Positions 1 to 7,678 of a DNA stretch of 64,000 nt are shown here, piece after piece. The translations under genes were made by a program, and so were the position numbers. The stretch is from Gemmatimonadaceae bacterium. GTDB lineage: Bacteria > Gemmatimonadota > Gemmatimonadetes > Gemmatimonadales > Gemmatimonadaceae. Below the pieces are notes generated by a model that ran no database searches, was not told the DNA's origin, and was given only the letters and a program-made list of their open reading frames with translations. Numbering within the stretch: position 1 is the first letter of the stretch; each line of letters begins with the position of its first letter. The stretch is from the NCBI GenBank assembly GCA_035626995.1, contig DASPMP010000019.1, positions 9,080 through 73,079 on the forward strand. The letters run 5' to 3'.

Positions 1-1317
1 GGAACGGCTCGGCCCGCAGAGCGTCGAATTGTCCTGCTGCGCGCCGCACACCTGATACGGAAAGTGATTCGTCGTGATGACGTGGTAGAACTGCGCGGTC
101 GCGTAATCCTGCGCGGTCCAGTTCTGTCCTCCATCGAGTGAAACTGCGGCACCACCATCATCCGCCTCGATCATCCGGTTCGGGTTGTCCGGCGCGATCC
201 AGAGGTCGTGCGAATCCGAATGCGGGATCCGGATGGTTCGGAAGGTCTTCCCTCCGTCGGTGGATTTGCTGAACTGGACGTTGCTGACGTACACCACGTC
301 CTGGTTCTTCGGGTCCGCGTACAGCTTCGTGTAGTACCACGCGCGCTGGCGCAGCGAGCTCTGTTCGTTCGTGCGATGCCAGGTGGCGCCGGCGTCATCG
401 CTGACGTAGACGCCACCTTCGCGCGCCTCGATGAGTGCGAAGATCCGATTGGAATTCGCGCCGGATACAGCGATGCCGATATTCCCCCAGATCCCCTGCG
501 GCAGCCCCGGGTTTCTCGTGATCTCGGTCCAGCTGTCGCCGCCGTCGGTGGTCTTGAACAAGCCGGATCCAGGCCCACCCGAGACCAGTTGCCACGGTCG
601 ACGGTGCGCCTGCCAGAAGCCGGCATAGAGCACGTTCGGGTTGTTGGGATCCATCACGAGATCCACGACACCCGTGGAATCGTTCCGGAAGAGAATCTTC
701 TGCCACGTATTCCCGCCATCCCGGGAGCGATACACCCCTCGCTCGGGATTCGGGCCATACACATGGCCCAGCGCTCCCACGTACACGAGGTCGGGATTGG
801 TCGGGTGCACCACGACGTCGCCGATGTGCTTCGTCTCGCGAAGTCCCTTGTAGCTCCAGGTGCGCCCGCCATCGGTGGTCTTCCACACCCCGTCACCATG
901 GGAGACGTTTCCACGAATGGGATATTCGCCGCCGCCCGCGTACACGATGTCGGGATTGGAGGGCGAGACGTCTATGCCACCGATCGTCCCACCGAAGTAG
1001 CGGTCAGTCACCGGGAACCACGACTGGCCGCCGTCGGTTGTCTTGAAGACACCAGCTCCGGTCGTGCCCATGTAGTACTCGGTGGGACGCGCGACGCTGC
1101 CCGAGACCGCAACGGAACGACCGCCGCGATACGGGCCGAGCTCGCGCCAGCGCATGTTCGAAAGCAGGGCCGTGTCGAACGGCTGCGTCACGTCACCGGG
1201 GACGGCGCGAATGATCCTCGGCGGTACCGCCGTCAGGGGCGGAGCGCCGGTCGCCGGGCGCTGCGCAAGAGCGAGTGAGGGAGCCAGGGCGGCCAGTATG
1301 GCGGCGCTGCGGAGCAT
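1..1317 (-). CDS. Secreted BNR/Asp-box repeat beta-propeller protein (sortilin/VPS10-like, glycosyl-hydrolase-like). N-terminal 439 codons only; the C-terminus lies beyond the window start.
   Basis: My own minus-strand translation from the ATG at 1315-1317 gives MLRSAAILAALAPSLALAQ (signal peptide). Repeated Asp-box motifs follow: KTTDGGQSW, KTTDGGRTW, RSRDGGNTW, KTTDGGDSW, SDDAGATW, STDGGKTF. The window edge reads ..YHVITTNHFPYQVCGAQQDNSTLCG. The frame stays open to base 1, so the gene is absent from the ORF track. The + strand ORF 208..1278 is its antisense shadow. Confidence 0.8.
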   Translation of the reverse strand, partial: MLRSAAILAALAPSLALAQRPATGAPPLTAVPPRIIRAVPGDVTQPFDTALLSNMRWRELGPYRGGRSVAVSGSVARPTEYYMGTTGAGVFKTTDGGQSWFPVTDRYFGGTIGGIDVSPSNPDIVYAGGGEYPIRGNVSHGDGVWKTTDGGRTWSYKGLRETKHIGDVVVHPTNPDLVYVGALGHVYGPNPERGVYRSRDGGNTWQKILFRNDSTGVVDLVMDPNNPNVLYAGFWQAHRRPWQLVSGGPGSGLFKTTDGGDSWTEITRNPGLPQGIWGNIGIAVSGANSNRIFALIEAREGGVYVSDDAGATWHRTNEQSSLRQRAWYYTKLYADPKNQDVVYVSNVQFSKSTDGGKTFRTIRIPHSDSHDLWIAPDNPNRMIEADDGGAAVSLDGGQNWTAQDYATAQFYHVITTNHFPYQVCGAQQDNSTLCGPSRS

Positions 1318-1416
1318 GTGGGACACGACGAGCCTCGGGGGTGGTGAGGAGGCTCGAATTATGTGGCAGTCGAACACCCATGCAAAGCCCGCGTGACGCA
1401 CGGGCGGAGGCTCATC

Positions 1417-1442
1417 GGCGGCCGTGACTCGTCACGGCCGCC
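1417..1442 (-). terminator. GC-rich stem-loop downstream of the DUF892 gene (candidate terminator, no clear U-tract)
   Basis: Perfect inverted repeat GGCGGCCGTGAC-tc-GTCACGGCCGCC, 13 nt past the TAA stop at 1455-1457. Confidence 0.4.
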
Positions 1443-1454
1443 ATCGAGAACCGT

Positions 1455-1952
1455 TTATTTCAGCGCGTCGACGTTGACGACAGTTTCCGCGAGGTCCGTC
1501 AGCTTTTCGTCGGTGTCGCCTTCCTCGTCCAGCGTGCGCTGCAGGAGCTCTGCCTGGTCCGCGAGTCCGAGCATGTGCGCGTAGGTGCGCGCGCAGCCGT
1601 AGCCGGCGATCTCGTAGTGCTCCACACGCTGCGCCGCCGCGATCAGGCCAGCGTCGAGGACGTCGGAGTCCTGAAACTCCTTCATGATCTCCTCGCCTTC
1701 CTTCACGAGCCCTTCCATTCCCTTGCACTTATGACCCGTGAGGTCCTCGCCAAGGGCTTCGCCCAGCTTCTCGAGGCGCTGTTTCTGCTGCTCGGTCTGC
1801 TGGTAGTGCTCCTGGAACGCGCGCTTCAGCTCCGCGTGCTTCGTCATTTTCGCCATCTTTGGCAGCGCTTCGAGGATTTGCTCCTCGGCGCTGTACAAGT
1901 CCCGAAGCTGTTCGACGTAGAGCTTCTGCAGCGACTCTCTCTCTTTCGCCAT
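1455..1952 (-). CDS. Ferritin-like DUF892 family protein (YciE/YciF-like stress protein)
   Basis: 165-aa ORF. LYVEQLRDLYSAEEQILEALPKM..HAELKRAFQEHYQQTEQQKQRLE..VEHYEIAGYG..A is characteristic of the YciE/YciF ferritin-like four-helix family. Confidence 0.85.
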   Translation of the reverse strand: MAKERESLQKLYVEQLRDLYSAEEQILEALPKMAKMTKHAELKRAFQEHYQQTEQQKQRLEKLGEALGEDLTGHKCKGMEGLVKEGEEIMKEFQDSDVLDAGLIAAAQRVEHYEIAGYGCARTYAHMLGLADQAELLQRTLDEEGDTDEKLTDLAETVVNVDALK

Positions 1953-2081
1953 GTTCTATTCCTCCAGTGCAGTGACGTGCGTGGTGAGGAAGCGCACATG
2001 TGCAGGTTCCCTGCCTCGACGAATAGCGTCGGTGGCAACTATGATTGAGTTCGCTGGCGATCCATTTCCCGGAGAACGACG

Positions 2082-3035
2082 ATGCGTGTGACCTTGATTC
2101 CCGCAATGTTCATCGGCGCACTCACGCTGGGCGCGTGCGCAAAAGACCAGTCCGCTGCTGACAGTACGGGCGCCTCCGCAACGGGCGATTCCGCCACGTC
2201 GGCGACCCCGCAGAAAGTCGGTGAGACGACGGGGCTCAATGTGCCCGAATCGGTACGCTATGACGCAGACCTGGATTCGTGGTTCATCACGAACGTCAAC
2301 GGCAACCCGTCGATGCGCGATAACAACGGGTTCATCGTGCGCGTCCATGCCGATAGCCTGTCAGCGCCAACGACGATCGCGCAGGGTGGACGTGCCGGCC
2401 TGAATCTCAATGCGCCGAAAGGGATGGCGATTCAGGGCGACACCTTGTTCGTCACGGACATCTACATGCTGCGCAAGTTCAACAAGCGCACCGGCGAATA
2501 CCTCGGCGCCGTGAGCCTGCGGGACTACGGCGCGACGTTCCTGAATGACATCGCGATCGGTCCGGACGGCATCTACATCACCGATACCGGCATCCAGTTC
2601 GACGAACAGGGCGGCATGACCCATCCCGGCGCGAATCGGGTCTACAAGGTGAATGGACTCCGCGTCACCACGGTCCTCACCGGCGATTCACTGATGAATC
2701 CCAATGGCATCGCCTGGGATGCCACGAACGCCCGCTTCATCCTCGCGCCCTTCGGTGGACCGAATCTCATGGCGTGGAACCCCGGAACGTCCACCACGAC
2801 GACGCTCGTCGCGGGTCCGGGTGGCTACGACGGCGTCGAAGTCATGGCCAACGGCAACATTCTCGTATCGAGCTGGACGGATTCCACGGTGCACGTCGTG
2901 CATGGCGGCAGCCACATCATGCCGCTCGTGCGTGGGGTTTCCGCCCCCGCCGACATCGGCGTGGACACGAAGCGAAGCGTGCTGGCGATTCCCCGGTTCA
3001 ATGACGCCAAAGTGGAGTACTATCGGATCCCATAG
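2082..3035 (+). CDS. Lipoprotein with a beta-propeller fold (SMP-30/gluconolactonase/NHL-like)
   Basis: 317-aa ORF. Signal peptide plus lipobox (MFIGALTLGAC). Repeated blade-like segments are present (GMAIQGDTLFVTD, NDIAIGPDGIYITD, PNGIAWD, DGVEVMANGNILVS). The family assignment is tentative. Confidence 0.65.
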   Translation: MRVTLIPAMFIGALTLGACAKDQSAADSTGASATGDSATSATPQKVGETTGLNVPESVRYDADLDSWFITNVNGNPSMRDNNGFIVRVHADSLSAPTTIAQGGRAGLNLNAPKGMAIQGDTLFVTDIYMLRKFNKRTGEYLGAVSLRDYGATFLNDIAIGPDGIYITDTGIQFDEQGGMTHPGANRVYKVNGLRVTTVLTGDSLMNPNGIAWDATNARFILAPFGGPNLMAWNPGTSTTTTLVAGPGGYDGVEVMANGNILVSSWTDSTVHVVHGGSHIMPLVRGVSAPADIGVDTKRSVLAIPRFNDAKVEYYRIP

Positions 3036-4002
3036 CAGCTACGAGCTGACCCGCTGCATCGTCTGCGGCGGGGCGGACACCCTCGAAGTTGCCGGGCCAT
3101 CGGACATTCGCGAAGAAGCAGAAGCCCTCTGGGGTTTTCACATGCGGCGTTTGTCACCACACACGCCACCCGAGCGACTCGTCGATCGGGTGGCGTTCTC
3201 ACAGGCGCCCCCATGGCGTGTGGTGCGATGCCGGGACTGCGGACTCGTCTACCGCAATCCCATGGAGAAGCGCGAGGAGTTGTGCGCGACCTACACATCG
3301 GAAACGCCGGAGCGCGACGCGTTGCTGGCGCTGCATCGCGCGCAGACCCGGACGTACCGCGCCCAGGCGAGACGCCTTGTGCGACGGCTCGAGCGGCGCG
3401 GCACCGGGCTCGAAGTCGGCAGCTATGTGGGTGCCTTCCTGGCGGCCGCGCGCCGGGAGCGCTGGCACTTCGAGGGGCTGGACGTGAACCCGCATACGAA
3501 TGCCTTCGCGCGATCGCTCGGCTTCACGGTCCATGACGCCGATCTCGAGCACTTCGAACCGTCGCACCCGTTTGACGTCGTCGCGATCTGGAACACCTTC
3601 GACCAACTGCCGGATCCGCGTGCGGCGGTCCGCGCGGCGCATCGCCTGCTGCGTCCCGACGGCGTGCTCGCGGTGCGAGTGCCGAATGGTGAATGCTATG
3701 CCCGGCTTCGTGCCGTCTCGGTCACATCCGCCGAGCGGATGTCCGTCAGTCGCGCGGTTCTCGCGCACAACAACCTGCTGACGTTTCCGTACCGGTTCGG
3801 GTTTTCGCCTGCGTCGCTGACGCGGCTGTTGCGCGATCTTGGGTTCGACGTGATGGGAGTCATCCCTGATGTACTCGTTCCGACGGCCGACGAATGGACG
3901 CGTCGCTGGGCGGTCGTCGAGGAGCGATTGGTGAAGCCGCTCACGAAGCGCTGGACGCCCTGGTTCGAGATCTACGCGCGTCGGCGGCCTGCAGCTGCGT
4001 AG
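3001..4002 (+). CDS. Class I SAM-dependent methyltransferase with an N-terminal CxxC..CxxC zinc ribbon
   Basis: In-frame ATG at 3001 inside the long ORF 2704..4002. Zinc-ribbon cysteines CIVCGG ... CRDCGLVY. SAM-binding motif GLEVGSYVGAFL, then FDVVAIWNTFDQLPDP and LLRPDGVLAVRVPN. The part upstream of 3001 overlaps the previous gene. Confidence 0.75.
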   Translation: MTPKWSTIGSHSSYELTRCIVCGGADTLEVAGPSDIREEAEALWGFHMRRLSPHTPPERLVDRVAFSQAPPWRVVRCRDCGLVYRNPMEKREELCATYTSETPERDALLALHRAQTRTYRAQARRLVRRLERRGTGLEVGSYVGAFLAAARRERWHFEGLDVNPHTNAFARSLGFTVHDADLEHFEPSHPFDVVAIWNTFDQLPDPRAAVRAAHRLLRPDGVLAVRVPNGECYARLRAVSVTSAERMSVSRAVLAHNNLLTFPYRFGFSPASLTRLLRDLGFDVMGVIPDVLVPTADEWTRRWAVVEERLVKPLTKRWTPWFEIYARRRPAAA

Positions 4003-4789
4003 CCAGCCAGTCGCAGGCGAATTCGATATCGCGCTGCGGCGGCCAGTGTCCTCCTTCGTACCAGTGAATGGTCTTCGGTTCGCCGGCCGCGGCGTGAAGC
4101 GCCGCGGCTTGCGCCGGCGTCACAGTGCGATCGCTGCGTCCATTGACCATCAGCAGCGGGCGGCCAGCGATCGACCGGATTGAGCGGATGGGGTCGACCA
4201 CGGTTCGCACGAGCGGTCCGAACGGTATACCGCGCGGCAGGTCGCCGCTCGCCGCGAGCACGATCGCGCGTACCTCAGGGTGATCGGCGGCGACGGTGTT
4301 CGCGAGGAACGATCCCAGCGAGTAGCCGACGATCGCGATCCGGCTGGCATCGATGGAGTCATGCGCAGCCAGAAAGTCCATCGAGGTCCGCGCTTCGGCG
4401 ACGGCGTCGCTCCAACTGCCGAGGAGCTGCATGGGGCTCATGCGGCCAAGATCCTCGCGTCCTCCCTGACGCGCTCCATGGAGCGGCAGGTCTACCGCGA
4501 GGGCCGCGATGCTGCGACGCACGAGGGCGGCTCCCACCGTGTCGATCATCCGTTCCTTGCGAGACCCCAGGCCATGGAGCAGCAACGCTGCTGGTACGGG
4601 CGGGACGTTGCCGGGCAGCAGCAATACGGCGGGAATGCGGGCGCCGCGTGAAACGATCTCGAGATCCTGTCGTACGCCGGAAGGGACATCGCGCCCTGCA
4701 CGCGGGACAGCTAGAATGTCCTCTGGTTCCGGCGGCTTCGAGCCGCGTCGTTTCATACTTCCCGGATGCGCAAGATCGCTGCCCGCCAT
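3941..4789 (-). CDS. Alpha/beta hydrolase (dienelactone hydrolase/prolyl-oligopeptidase-type esterase)
   Basis: 282-aa ORF. Nucleophile elbow GYSLGS, oxyanion region LLLHGLGS, C-terminal ..YEGGHW (catalytic His). The start could instead be the internal MKRRGS. Confidence 0.8.
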   Translation of the reverse strand: MAGSDLAHPGSMKRRGSKPPEPEDILAVPRAGRDVPSGVRQDLEIVSRGARIPAVLLLPGNVPPVPAALLLHGLGSRKERMIDTVGAALVRRSIAALAVDLPLHGARQGGREDLGRMSPMQLLGSWSDAVAEARTSMDFLAAHDSIDASRIAIVGYSLGSFLANTVAADHPEVRAIVLAASGDLPRGIPFGPLVRTVVDPIRSIRSIAGRPLLMVNGRSDRTVTPAQAAALHAAAGEPKTIHWYEGGHWPPQRDIEFACDWLATQLQAADARRSRTRASSAS

Positions 4790-4806
4790 CGCCGACGAGT
4801 GCGGCT

Positions 4807-5817
4807 TTGAAACGCTGGATCGTGACCGCGGTCTCGTTCGCGGCCGTCATTGGTGTTTCGGTATACGCAGTGCGGAGCGGCGCGCCGGAAGGGATCAACC
4901 TCGCCATCCCCGCACTCGCTCACCTCCTCGCATTCAGCGCGTTCGTCGTCGAGGTCGTTACCCGGTCCGTGAAGCTCATCGCCAGTGCGAAGGCGGTTGG
5001 TACATACATGAGCTTCGGTACGGCACTGCGCACATCGTTGGGTGGCGACTTCGCGGCGTCGATCACGCCGGCGCGTGCCGGCGCCGAGCCGGCGCGCTAT
5101 CTGATCCTGGCGCAGGCAGGAATGGCCGCGTCGGATGCGCTGGTGGTGCTGTATCTCGAGCTGTTTCTCGAGATGATTTCGATCGCCACGGTGGCTTTCC
5201 TGATCGGCATGATCTTCGATGCATCCGGGACAGCGTTCGTGACGATGGTGAGCGTGGTGGGGGTCTACGCGTCGTTCGTGCTTGGCGTCGGGCTGCTCCT
5301 GTTCCTGTTATCGCGGGCGAACTATGGGGCCGAACCACCCGCCTGGGCGCGTCGGCTGCACATCCACGGGAAGCGTTGGGAGCTGGTGCTGCGCTGGGCA
5401 GAACGCATCAAGACGACAGTCGCGGCATTCCGGAAGATGCATTACGGCTGGGCCTCCATCGCGCTGCTGACGTCCATCGCGCACGTCGGCGTGCGGTTCA
5501 CCATCCTGCCGATGCTCGTGTTCGCGATCACAGATGCGCCGGTGCCCCTGGGGCCGCTCGTGGTGTGGCCATTAGGAATCATCTACGGCGCCGGCCTGCT
5601 GCCAGCGCCAGGTGGTGGCGGAGCCGTAGAGCTGGCGTTCCGCGCAGCGCTGGGTGGTACGCTGCCGGCCGCCGTCTTCGGCGCGGCGCTCGTGTGGTGG
5701 CGCTTCTACACCTTCTACATCTATATCGCGGTGGGCGCGCTGGTCGCCGGCAACACCGCGCTTCGGGCGGTGCGTGAGGTCCAGGAGACCGAGGAAACGC
5801 TCGAGAAAGATCCCTAG
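4807..5817 (+). CDS. Flippase-like integral membrane protein (lysylphosphatidylglycerol-synthase TM region / UPF0104 family)
   Basis: The C-terminal 336 codons of ORF 4180..5817 are polytopic-membrane-like (..ITPARAGAEPARYLIL.., ..GLLPAPGGGGAVELAF..). The upstream part of that ORF is Arg/Pro-rich antisense shadow of the hydrolase. The start is taken at the in-frame TTG at 4807 and is uncertain. Confidence 0.65.
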   Translation: MKRWIVTAVSFAAVIGVSVYAVRSGAPEGINLAIPALAHLLAFSAFVVEVVTRSVKLIASAKAVGTYMSFGTALRTSLGGDFAASITPARAGAEPARYLILAQAGMAASDALVVLYLELFLEMISIATVAFLIGMIFDASGTAFVTMVSVVGVYASFVLGVGLLLFLLSRANYGAEPPAWARRLHIHGKRWELVLRWAERIKTTVAAFRKMHYGWASIALLTSIAHVGVRFTILPMLVFAITDAPVPLGPLVVWPLGIIYGAGLLPAPGGGGAVELAFRAALGGTLPAAVFGAALVWWRFYTFYIYIAVGALVAGNTALRAVREVQETEETLEKDP

Positions 5818-7631
5818 CCGGTGGCGACCACCGCCTCGTTCGGCGTTGCTTCGCCGATCGCGACGTCCGGGAAGTAGGCGTTCCGGACGTACTGCTCCAC
5901 CATGCGCTGGGTGTTGAAGAACGATCCGTTGAGCGCGATCGCACTGCGCATGACTTCGGCGTACGCCACCGGGAGCCCGTAGAACAACGGCAGGATCACC
6001 CGCTCGAGCTTGAGGTACAGGTCCTGGGCGTCGCGTGACTGGTCTCCTTCGGATTCATCAGACCCGATGGACCATCCGGTGACTCCCTCCACATGTCCCT
6101 CGATCCACCAGCCATCGCGCACGGACAGGCTGGGCACGCCGTTGAGCGCCGCCTTCATCCCGCTCGTCCCGGACGCCTCGAGTGGCTTCATCGGGTTATT
6201 CACCCAGAGATCGACACCGGCGATGAACTTCGCGGCGATCTCCATTTCGTAATTCTCGATGTAGATGACGGTGATCTTGCCCTTCAGCTGTTCCGCTGCT
6301 GTGTGAATGCGCCTAATAAGGTCCTTTCCGCCGCCATCGTGCGGATGCGCCTTTCCGCCGAAGACGATCTGCATCGGACCCACCTTCTCCGCGATGTTCG
6401 CCAGGCGTGCCGTATCGGCGAACATCAGGTCCGCCCGCTTGTACGGCGTGGCCCTCCGCGCGAACCCCATGGTGAAGATCTTCGGATCCAGCTCCACTTT
6501 CTGGCGACGCGCAATTTCGTCGAGAAATACTTTCTTGGCGTCGGCGTGCGCCGCACGAATCTCCGGCAGCGGAATTCCGACCGCGTAGCGCAGGTAGAGA
6601 TTGTCCGTACGCCATTCTGGGATGCGCTTGTCGAACAGCTGGGCGAACGCGGAAGATGTCCACGTCGCTGCATGCACTCCATTCGTTACCGAGTCGATGG
6701 GGAAGCCCGGGAACATCGCGCTCGAGACTTCGCGATGCTTCATGGCCACCCCGTTCACGAACCGCGACAGGCGCAGCGCGAGATGCGTCATGTTCAACTC
6801 GCCGTTCTCGAGCACCTTCGCCGCCTCGAGGAGCGCGACGCGATCCTCAGCAATCACCCGCTTGACCAGGTCGGCTGGAAAGCGATCGTGGCCGGCCGGT
6901 ACGGGCGTGTGCGTGGTGAAGACGCACTGCCGTCGCACTGCCTCGATGTCCTGCTCGGTGACTTCGAACGGCTTGCGCCCTTCCAGCTGCCACTCGAGCA
7001 GCGTGACTGACAACAGGGAGCTGTGCCCCTCGTTCATGTGATACCGAACGTCACCTTGGAAACCGATAGCGCGCAGCAACCGGGCCCCGCCAATGCCGAG
7101 GACTATTTCCTGGCAGAGACGGTAGTGGTTGTCGCCTCCATACAGCGAGTCCGTCAGTCGCCGGTCCCACTCACTGTTCTCGGCAAGGTCGGTGTCGAGC
7201 AAGAGCACAGGCACGTCGTGTCCCGTCACTCCCTTGATCACGTACTTCCACGCGCGCACGTGAACTTCCCGCTTTTCGATCAGGACCTTCACCCGCTGCG
7301 GCAGCTCCTGGAGTCGCTGCTCGGGACTCCACTCCACGGGCGCTTCGGTCTGGTTCCCCTGCGCATCCACGTGCTGCCGGAAATACCCCTTTCGATGAAG
7401 CAGCGACACCGCGAGGAGCGGAAGCTTCAGGTCCGCAGCGGAGCGCAGTGTGTCGCCCGCGAGGACGCCCAGTCCACCGCTGTAGGTAGGAATTCCCTGC
7501 TCGAGGCACACCTCCATCGAGAAGTACGCGATGGTAGCGGGCTGGACTGGGGCCTTCCCGTTCGTTTTACCGGACTCGTTCATCATTGAGGCGTTCAGAA
7601 GATTCCGTACCAATGGTCTGGCCATGAGCAT
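5814..7631 (-). CDS. glgP: Alpha-glucan phosphorylase (GT35, short GlgP type)
   Basis: 605 aa. IAYFSMEVCLEQGIPTYSGGLGVLAGDTLRSAADL.. and the PLP-lysine region EASGTSGMKAALNGV are typical of GT35. Confidence 0.9.
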   Translation of the reverse strand: MLMARPLVRNLLNASMMNESGKTNGKAPVQPATIAYFSMEVCLEQGIPTYSGGLGVLAGDTLRSAADLKLPLLAVSLLHRKGYFRQHVDAQGNQTEAPVEWSPEQRLQELPQRVKVLIEKREVHVRAWKYVIKGVTGHDVPVLLLDTDLAENSEWDRRLTDSLYGGDNHYRLCQEIVLGIGGARLLRAIGFQGDVRYHMNEGHSSLLSVTLLEWQLEGRKPFEVTEQDIEAVRRQCVFTTHTPVPAGHDRFPADLVKRVIAEDRVALLEAAKVLENGELNMTHLALRLSRFVNGVAMKHREVSSAMFPGFPIDSVTNGVHAATWTSSAFAQLFDKRIPEWRTDNLYLRYAVGIPLPEIRAAHADAKKVFLDEIARRQKVELDPKIFTMGFARRATPYKRADLMFADTARLANIAEKVGPMQIVFGGKAHPHDGGGKDLIRRIHTAAEQLKGKITVIYIENYEMEIAAKFIAGVDLWVNNPMKPLEASGTSGMKAALNGVPSLSVRDGWWIEGHVEGVTGWSIGSDESEGDQSRDAQDLYLKLERVILPLFYGLPVAYAEVMRSAIALNGSFFNTQRMVEQYVRNAYFPDVAIGEATPNEAVVATG

Positions 7632-7678
7632 AGCGGGCCGAACCGAACACTAATTGAACCACAGCCTCCTCTGCGCGA

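Noticed and set aside
208-1278. 356-aa + strand ORF, the longest ORF in the track for this region
   Set aside because: Its composition is Arg/Ala/Pro/Gly-rich shadow sequence. The opposite strand encodes a convincing signal peptide plus Asp-box repeat protein in a frame that stays open to the window edge.
2704-3000. N-terminal extensions of long ORFs (2704..4002; likewise 4180..4806, 46000..46230, 49360..49458, 49982..50131, 60848..60955, 42103..42222)
   Set aside because: These extensions overlap the 3' ends of upstream genes or antisense genes, and they are Arg/Pro/Ser-rich. Internal starts give proteins whose N-termini match the family (Rossmann motif, signal peptide, HAD motif I).
3941-4002. 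62-nt convergent overlap of the methyltransferase and alpha/beta hydrolase 3' ends (and the 4-nt convergent overlap at 5814-5817)
   Set aside because: Convergent 3' overlaps of this size are common in compact high-GC genomes. Both C-termini are plausible, and nothing suggests a special function.
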